A stretch of DNA of 64,000 nt from contig CAVNZM010000005.1 of assembly GCA_963693365.1 (NCBI GenBank), positions 1,240,001 through 1,304,000 on the forward strand, written 5' to 3'. The notes below the pieces were generated by a model. It did not search any database. It was not told where the DNA came from and worked only from the letters and a program-made list of their open reading frames with translations. Positions 31,976-64,000 of the stretch are shown here, one piece after another; within the stretch, counting starts at the first letter, position 1, and each line of letters opens with the position of its first letter. The translations under genes and the position numbers were made by a program. This stretch comes from Amoebidium appalachense. Lineage: Eukaryota > Protista > Ichthyosporea.

Positions 31976-33209
31976 ATAGCGTATGCAAGGGAAGCCAACA
32001 CAAAGGCTGCCCAGTGATGATCCTAAAGGGGAAGGAGGGATGCAGACAGGTTCAAGGGCATATGGCTGCAATTTGAAGAAGGCCGAGGAGAGAGCCTGGT
32101 GTAAAGGGGAAGGGCGGAGAACAGAGGGAAATAGAGGGAGGGAGGGCGCGGGGAATAGGGAATAGGAAGAAATTTCCAGGTTCGTCGTTGCCACACCCAT
32201 ATTACTCTAGTCCGGCCTAGGACACAGGACAAAAGGAGAAGAAGCTCAGACCACTCAAACAAACAGAGAAAAGGGTTTCAGAAAGAAGTTTTACATGCAA
32301 CAGCGCTCTGGTTATGAACACTTTATAAAATTTCGATTCACATTCTGCCTGAAGAAAATGTAGCTCAAGCAAAACCCTGGAAAAGCGTATTCGTTCAAGT
32401 ACCGCCAAGTAGAAAATCAAGAGGCATCAAGAAAGCTGGCCTGAAGAAGTCGGTGCAACTATCGTTGCCACTGGCAAACCCACCTGTCATCTGGAGTGGG
32501 TAATGGCTTGCTGTTATCTACCCCCTTGACCTGTGCAGCCTTCAACAAAGCAACTTCGTTTTTCAACCTCTGGATCTCTTGATCCCTGTCGTCAGCAACA
32601 CACCCGTTTGTATGAGCCATGTTTAAAACTAAATAGAACAGCTACAATGCAGAGTAAATGAACAGAACTAAAATGGTGTTTCAAAGCAAACAAGTGGACT
32701 TTTATTTATGTAACGTTAGGGAAAAGAGCTTGAAGTAGGGCAGGGAAGTATTTTTGTTCTTGTGTGTGAATCAGCAGCCACGCGACTTCTGAGAAAACCG
32801 AGCCTGGGTCTGTCTGCCAGACTGAGACGGTTTTATACTGGTGCTCACAACGACTTACGTAAGGCTTATAACCGAGCCAATCAGATGAATGGTACAGGTT
32901 TAGAGCCGAATAATTGGTGTTCTGGCACGATTCCCTGTATACCCAAGGGGCTCAAGCTTTGCTCCGAGTTGTTTTCCCGCATAAAGCCCCATTGGCTTAG
33001 TTTTCAAGGCATATACCGGTAAATTTGAGTTTGGAATATCTGTTTAGAGACAAAGAGGCTGATTGCTGTGTGCTCATATAAGGCTAACCAAATTCATACC
33101 TATCATAAAGATTTTTTTGGTCTTATCCTAATACTGTAAGCACATTTTGCATGCACAAAAAACTCGTTTTTACAGCTATAATCCTATCGTATGATACTGA
33201 ATGAGTGTT

Positions 33210-33590
33210 ACGATGATTGGTTCACTGAGAACCTCGGAATCCACGTTTCCAACGAAACCACGCTTAGTCCCGGGAGATGACTCATGGCTGAAGCATGAGC
33301 TCATTGGCCGAGGTTTGCGCAAACCAGGTTTCGCGGGTACTGATTCTATTCAAGCTAGACCATTGGTTAATCTAATTATTTAAAAACATTTGCGCAAACC
33401 CAGCATGACTTATATCACTTTCCTCTGATTGGTTCAGAGCGCACTTTAAACGTCATCACACACGTGTCGCAGTCTGTCGCAGTCTCGTGGTAATCGGTGT
33501 CGGCCGACCGGGAGGCTGCGACACGACTGGGGCCTTGAGCGGGGTCAAAAAACGGAGACAGTCTCTTACACTTTCCTTTTCCCGGAGGCT
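33210..33590 (+). promoter_or_regulatory. RPS9 promoter region with CCAAT boxes, TTTGCGCAAA palindromes and a pyrimidine-rich (TCT/5'TOP-like) initiator
   Basis: ATTGG at ~33216, 33303, 33362, 33428; ggtttgcgcaaacc at 33312-33325 and tttgcgcaaacc at 33389-33400; ctttccttttccc at 33571-33583 just upstream of the ATG. Confidence 0.5.
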
Positions 33591-33602
33591 GGTGTATCAG
33601 CC

Positions 33603-35928
33603 ATGGTTCAGCCAAACTGTACGTTCCCGGAGCTTACCCCGCATTTTGCAGCGGCCCCCCGGGTGCTAGTAGAGTTTTGAAAGACACATAGAGTAGCGTA
33701 GAGGTTGTGATAGAAACGTCCCACGTCGTCGTGTAGGACGGAACTTATGGTGCATCCTGGGATGGATGTTCACGTGACCGGAGTGAGGGAGGGAGAAAGC
33801 GGAGCAATGGGATATGCAGCTTGAGCGATGCAGGGTGGTTGGCACACTGAGTTTTTGCTAGCCATACTCGCGGATCGTCTCGTGGGTGTGTTCGTGCCCG
33901 AGCAGGTTTGCCAACACATCAACGAAGTCAAACGGTGACTTCCTTTTAATTACTCTCCCGTTGGAATGTTTGGTGGAGTGGAGTGAGGTGCACAATCAGA
34001 GTTCTACACGTGATGGAGGCAAGCAAGTACGGTTTTTTTTTTAATCACCGATCAAACCGATGTGCTGCGGCGGAAGCAAAATGGCGAGCTGTAGAGCTTC
34101 ATGTTTTATTTGCTCGGATATGCAGTTCCGGCTTTTCAAGCAGACAGCGGACGATTATTTCCAGGGCTTTGGCGGCAACGTGTCGTAGAGCAAGTTCTGG
34201 GAGACAGCAGCCTTTTTGTGATAAACGCCAGTGTCTCATTCCTTTTGTGGCTGTAGTTTTGGAGTTTTGGTCGATAACAAACGAGACCAGGCAGTGTACT
34301 AGGTGTTGTGATCAACCAAGAAGCAGGCATGCACGGGAGCGGTGTGTGCACGTTGGGACGAGAGTTTAAGCTGGGGCGACTTGTAATTTTGCGAGAGCAG
34401 ATTTTAGTATTCCTCTCACACTTGTACAAGCCTCTGCCAAGGTTCTGACTTTGTGTATCCCCGCAGTTTCCAAGGTGTACAAGTCTCCCCGGCGCCCTTA
34501 CGAAAAGGAGCGTCTGGATCAGGAGCTTAAATTCGTGGGTGAATATGGCTTGAGAAACAAGCGCGAGGTGTGGCGCGTCAAGTACGCCCTTGCCAAGATC
34601 CGCAAGGTGAGCACAAAAGGGGTGTGGGGCTAGGCTTTTGGGTTGTGTGTGACAGGGGTTGGAAATGCATCTGGAGCAGCTACGGGAAGCTAAATGAGTG
34701 TGAGGTCAATCAGAGGACGATGCTTGATACATCACGATGGAGGGCCGAGGTTAGGCACGAGACGACGGCGTCGGCTATCTGTTCAAAGCACCTAGATCTT
34801 GCATAATGGAGAGGGTAAAACGTCGGTAGCCATATTCACATGGTATAAAAGCATCTTAGGCAACTCGTGTTCGGGGTTGCACGATCGTGCGCAGGACGAT
34901 CCATATTTATTCCACTTTTTTAGGCTTCTGCTCCTATTTTATAGGTACAGATAAGTTCGTATTAACACCCCCTCGCTGCAACACACTCTGCATGTGTCAA
35001 TCTTTTTTGTGGCACCGTGTGCACATGAGGGGGAGTGTTGCACGTGTACTGTCTTGCACCGTGTCGTTTCGTTTAGTGCACTTTTCATGCATTCATCGAG
35101 TCGTCGTTTGTCGTCGTTGTTCCAGATATAAACCTGCTTCTCATGTGTCATCCGTCGCTCTAGCACTGATGCATGGTTATGCTTGTGGAGAAGAGATGAG
35201 CCGTGTGCGCGCTGCGGCTGTGGCCTTCCATGTGAAGTGTGTATGTTTTACAGGGACGTGGCTGGCTTGGTGCTCTTTGATGTTGGCACCTTCACATCCC
35301 TGTAATGGGCTCGCCTAAGGGGCATGCTGTTCGTTGCTAAACTCGTGTGGCATTTATCATGGTGCTGCCATGCCGTGTTTGATATCGATCCCCCCACCAC
35401 CCCACATTTCAGGTCTTGAATGTGTACTTCACTCGGTTACACGTCATGAACCCTCCCATCCGTGTTGTGTTGTTTGTTTTTTTCCTATTTGGTGTGTTTT
35501 GGGAGGAGGGGTATTGATTTGATTCTTTAGCACGTACCACGTCTTGATTTGACTAAGAATTCTCTTCCCCTCCCCTCCTCTCCTGCAAAAGAACACAGTT
35601 CAAACCCGTAAACGCGCACACCATTCAACGTCTATGTTATTGCATAAATATTGCTTTCTGGGAAATGGTGGCTTTCTTTTTATCTGGCACTCGTGTCTGT
35701 GGCCATACGTTGCATCTTTATTTCCATGTCACCACACCAGTCGTTGTCCATTGGTTTGAAGGTGTGTGTGTGTGTGTGTTTTTTTTTTTGTGGGGGGGGG
35801 GGGGGGAGTGGGTATTTAGACCCCTTGTAACACCCGATCATGATTTTTGCTTTAGATGTTTTTCCATATTGGTTTTTTCACGATTTCTGCAACCAAACAC
35901 ACGACACACCATGACTCTAAGTCGGCAT

Positions 35929-35964
<36 letters not shown>

Positions 35965-37087
35965 CACACACACACACACAACCACCACCAACACACACAT
36001 TACACATGTGTGGGTGCGCTGGCACACATATAAGATGAAATCAAATTCGGGTGCTGTGGGTGATTTCGGTTTGCGCTTGAGGATGGACTCGACAGATGGG
36101 TGCCACGTGTGTAGAGTCCATGGGTTTTTATTGTAAATGTGGGTTGTGTGCTCTGTATCACATCATGGAAGCCTTCGCTTTCCCCCCAACACACGGACAT
36201 CTTGCTGACATCTGACCTTCTGCTTCCAGGCTGCCCGTGAGCTGCTGACGCTTGAGGACAAGGACCAGCGCCGCCTGTTTGAGGGTAACGCCCTTCTGCG
36301 CCGCCTGATCCGCATTGGTGCCCTGGACGAGAGCCAGATGAAGCTGGATTACGTGCTGGGCCTCAAGACCGAGGACTTCCTCGAGCGCCGCCTGCAGACC
36401 CAGGTCTTCAAGAAGGGCTTGGCCAAGAGCATCCACCACGCCCGCGTCCTGATCCGCCAGCGCCACATCCGGTACGTGCACATGCTTGCTGACTGAACGG
36501 GTAGGGAGCGACTCAAGATTGGGGTGTGATTTCTTTTTTTTGGGGGGGGGGGGGGGGGGCTGTTCGGCGGAAATGGTTAGTCTTTGCATTCATGGTGTGT
36601 TTGCTGCATGCAACCATGGTGTGGGACACGTTGATTGTGCTGTGTTGCCTGGGTCTCTAAAAATGATGAATTTCTGTTGCATTCGTTTGACTTATATGGT
36701 TCGGTCTTGGCTCTGGGATCATGGCAACATAGCTTTATGAACCGGAAGGAGTGCACTTTTCTGTTGGATGCACTAGTATATGGAATGCCCCTGTTGGGGA
36801 AATTGAGGGGCCATTTTGGGCTGGTCATTGCATATCTGTGTGTTGTTTACAGCACATGGTCAACACACCACTGTAGTATGCAGCCTAACTGACCCGTGTG
36901 CACACACAGTGTGGGCCGTCAGATCGTGAACGTGCCATCCTTCGTTGTGCGCATGGACAGCGAGAAGCACATCGACTTTGCCCTGACCTCTCCCCTGGGT
37001 GGTGGCCGCCCCGGCCGCACCAAGCGCAAGAACCAGCGCAAGCCCGAGGGTGGCGATGAGGAGGGCGGCGAGGAGGCCGAGGAGTAA
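33603..37087 (+). CDS. RPS9: 40S ribosomal protein S9 (uS4), 4 exons
   Basis: Exons 33603-33618, 34467-34606, 36230-36471, 36910-37087, giving [44 protein letters not shown]...[56 protein letters not shown]. Confidence 0.97.
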
Positions 37088-38939
37088 GCGGCGGCCCAAT
37101 GTTTGGGCCCTGAATAAACTTAGCCACTTGCACATGCTTTGTTGCGTTGTGTGTGTGATGAAACTGGCTGGACCCGGAAGGGTCCTTTTTATGTGTGGGT
37201 AATGGGGGGGGGGGGGGGGGGGGGGGATAAAGCAATACGGAGATTGTCTCCCTAATGCACTCAGTGGCAAGCTGTTTGTTGCCAAGATCAAATGATTGTG
37301 TCCGTACACGTTCATATTTGTTTGGGTGGCAGTGTGTATGCGTTGGTGGTCCTCTGGGGGAGGGGGGATACCATGCGAGGCCAGAGAACGGGTGATTGGC
37401 ATGTGTTCATGGCATTCATGAGCCACTACATATGGAACTCCCCCGGGCCCCCAGTGCATATAACCCCCTCCTCTACCACCACCACCACCATCAACACACA
37501 CACGGGACACAGTGTACTTGGAAGCTTGCAGGATCGATTTTGTTTATTGGAAAGGAAATTTTCGGGTTGGAAGTGTTGAGTGAACTGCCTGGGAGGCTTT
37601 GCCCATGCTTCGGTTGTCTCTGAACCCTTCCCCCCCCCCCCCACACACACACACACTCCATACCTGGCACGTACTGACTGTGCCCTCTAGATGTACGATA
37701 AATCGACGCTGGCTATTTTTCAAGGTAGGTGAGTCACCTGATCAGCCGCTCTCCATATCGTATGCGTCTCCTTGAAATTTTTTTTATTTTTATAATGACT
37801 TTATTGATATGCTCAGCAAAATAGAAGCCATCGAGATATCACCGATATCTCGGAGAAGAAAATACAAAAGCCCTCACTCTCATGATACGGAGGAGATAAC
37901 GACTTAAATAATAAGAGCTACCTCAGAAGGTAGCAGGCTCCATACAATGTTACATGCGAACCTGGTATTGTATTTGCGTGTGCGTGTCACAGTGGCATAT
38001 GTACAGGGAGACTTCCTGCACCTGTGTGTGTGTACCATGATGACAATGAGCTACATGCTGAAGAGTTACGGCCCAGTTACATGATTTGAACAGTAATACC
38101 GTCACCGTGTAATGCAAATGAACTTTCACACTCGTTGACGCATACATGCGTGCGCTCACAGTCATTCACCAACACGTACACATGCATATATGGGAGAGCC
38201 ATGGCTATATGCATGGCCAACGTGATGCGTGACGCAGCATGCGTTTATCAGACGCTAAATAATTGTTCTGTACCAGAGCTGTACATGCTTCACGTGCACG
38301 GTCGTTAATCTTGCATCGACTTAAATATTTTCACGTGCACCCAGACACGGTGTGGGTGCATGCATTGTCACCAGGCCCGGAAATACGCAGCATATATATG
38401 CATGACTAGACTGTCCACCCTGGGCCTGGCCCAGCCTATGCTGGCCCATGACCTACTAGATATCATATGCATACTGACATACCTAGGGAATTGTGTCTAG
38501 CATAAGACAATTCACGATACATGTTGTAATTGGGAGGGATGCGCTCACTCACAAGTGCACATTCTTGCATTCTATACTTTCTACCAAGGCGGAATTCTAT
38601 ACTCTTAAAATGAACGTACGCGAGTAAAACTACTGAGAGAGCCAAAACCTGCAGCGCTTGAATGCATTAAAATGATGCTGCATTCTACACGAACAAGATA
38701 CTGTAACAGTGGGCAGTTCGCCGGTAGGAACTGAGATTATTGAATGTAGGGAGGAATGTGCGCGTGCATGTGCATGCATGGTCATTTGTGTGCGAGTGTG
38801 CTCGATTATGCGTGTATGTGTGTGTGTGTGTGACGGTGTGTGTGTGTATGTGTGATTCAGTATGTGTGTGCGCGCGCAGTGCGTTCTTGTGAGGGTCAAC
38901 AATCACACAATAGGTCACCATTAATAATTCCTGCTGGCT

Positions 38940-49004
<10,065 letters not shown>

Positions 49005-50431
49005 TTTGGCAGTTGTTTGTTGCTACAAGACCCGCGGCATGGCAGTAATAAAATCCCCAAGGGGTCTTCTGTTGCCTTTCAATAACTTTGCCACACAAAC
49101 AAAGACGAACTCTCGCTTTCGGAGTTAAAAATCAGTAAATGTAGCCATAAGATGATACTGTCAATGACTTAAGTCGCGCCACACTAAGCTATAACCGACT
49201 AAGCTATAACCGTGACAAAAATATGCCAGTCTGACGGAAGCCCAGACACTACTGAAACTTGCGGCGGAACCTGCCACCCTTCGTAAAAGTGCCACTTCGA
49301 AGTTCGAAAACGAGACTCGGTTCTTTTCAATCTTTTTTCAGTAGGCTACCCACATTCCTTTGGCAGAAGTTTTACAACAGCATGTGACAACTGCCCAATG
49401 ACCAGAGAGGCGCGATCAGATTGGCCATATTTGGGCACACCTAAATTTTACGATTGGTCAGTTTCATACACAGGCCCTCAGACAGCAAGAAAGCAACTTT
49501 TGCTCGCTCTCCTGCGCCAGCTCAGTATGTAGTCTCCAAGGCTATTATACCCGCTGGCTTTAATGGCACAAGTAAGAGTATCTGATGTAAGACTATCGGT
49601 ACACTCTATATTTCGAACTGTTGGCCTTCAAACCTTTACAAATGATGGACGAAGATTGCTGCTATATATAGGCAGCTTGCACGTGTTTTGGGTCATCACC
49701 CTGTCAGCCACCCTCGGTTACGTCAGCTTGTAATGGCTGGTGTTGTGCTGTGAAACTCAGGAAAGGGGGGTGGTGCAAGCGCGCTCCAACTCCGCAGACC
49801 ATGGAAACTACAAGGCGAGGTATGAAACGTGACTTTTAGAGGCTTGAGGGATAGGCGGGTGCTGTGCCTGCCTGCCTGTCTTATTCTCGCGCATGCATAA
49901 CATTTCTGCGGGCTGGCAGGCGCACGTCCGTTTTCGTGTCTGTGCGTAAACGTATAGGCTGGCAGCAAAAAATTGACGAAGGTCAGGTGATTACAGAGTT
50001 TTTTTTGTGGCATCATGGATTACAAATTTCCTTACCTTACTGGGTATGCACTTTGTAGCGACTTCTGTGATAATTTATAGATTTGAGCTCGAGCTTGACA
50101 CTCATCATCCCATGATCACGCATGGATATGTTTTGTGCCTCGGAATCTGTACGGGATGGTGGCTGTTACGGAGACTCATCATGGTACTGGATAGCCGTTG
50201 TTTGAGGGGCTGTGATAGTTTTTCTTAATCAATTTTTTTCTTTTTTTTGGGGAGGGGAAAGGGGGGGGGGGAGGGGGGGGGGAAGGGGGGAGGGGGGAGA
50301 GCAAGGAAAGGGTTCTGGAAGGGGGCTGAGGGCTGCATGATTCCGGAAAATGGTGCGTGAGCCAGGAGGAGCGGGGGGAGGGGTTGGGGGAGGGGGGGAG
50401 GGGTTGGGGGGTTGGGGGGAGGGGGAGGAGG

Positions 50432-50465
<34 letters not shown>

Positions 50466-50883
50466 CATCTGGGTCGAGAGATTCAGGGAGGGCTCGAACG
50501 AGAAGGGAGACGAATTGTCTTGTATTCAAACTCTTAACATCTGCCGACATTTACCCCTCACACCGACTGCCTCCCAGTGTTTTTCTCACCACGTTACCTT
50601 TAGGTCACCAATTCGACTTTTGAGGTCACATTTGGCACTCGGGTATGTCTTCGTGTCTTGAGACCTGAGCACAATACCCAAGCAGAGATTGGGTGCGTAG
50701 TGGTAATGGTGTTGTTGCTGATGGTGAGAGAGTAGGAGAGGGGGAGGGGGGCGGTGGGGGGAGGGAGGGGAAGGGTGGAAGAGGTTGGAGGGAAAGACAC
50801 CACCCTTGGTTCCAACCAAAATCTTACATCTGGTGTGGGGCCTCAAGTTACCGACCCAGCCGCCTGAAAATTCCATCACGAAG

Positions 50884-63943
<13,060 letters not shown>

Positions 63944-64000
63944 GTACCCTTCCTTCCTCATCTCCCCCCCTCTCCCCCCCCCCCCCCCACCCCCCTTCGT

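Noticed and set aside
31980-33200. FMN riboswitch upstream of RIB3, or yybP-ykoY riboswitch upstream of TerC
   Set aside because: No recognisable conserved aptamer motifs by eye; an Infernal search would be needed.
36663-36892. C/D-box snoRNA candidate in RPS9 intron 3 (ATGATGA)
   Set aside because: The only CTGA is ~220 nt away and coincides with the branch-point region; no terminal stem was seen.

Overview
Eukaryotic, intron-rich genomic DNA whose introns are full of poly-C/poly-G runs and (CA)n/(TG)n microsatellites, so almost all of the supplied ORF track is repeat noise. The real genes were rebuilt exon by exon from splice sites and reading phase. They are: TMEM41B-like (-), a degenerate intron-containing THAP/P-element transposase (+), a 5'-truncated non-LTR retrotransposon, a penta-EF-hand Ca2+-binding protein (-), a single-C2H2-finger protein (+), DHBP synthase RIB3 (-), 40S ribosomal protein S9 (+), a TerC/Alx-family protein with a signal peptide and an extra ~230-aa N-terminal domain (-), and a 14+ exon gene (+) that runs off the right edge. 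The last gene is the main finding: its exons join in phase into TM - Cache-like extracellular sensor - TM - HAMP-like start/coiled coil - inositol polyphosphate 5-phosphatase. This would be a receptor phosphoinositide 5-phosphatase built on a bacterial-style sensing module. The window also has MITEs, a poly-C-ending SINE-like family, a long foldback palindrome and non-canonical splice sites. Gene content suggests a non-animal eukaryote, possibly a unicellular holozoan such as an ichthyosporean (inference only). All family calls are by motif recognition; no database searches were run.
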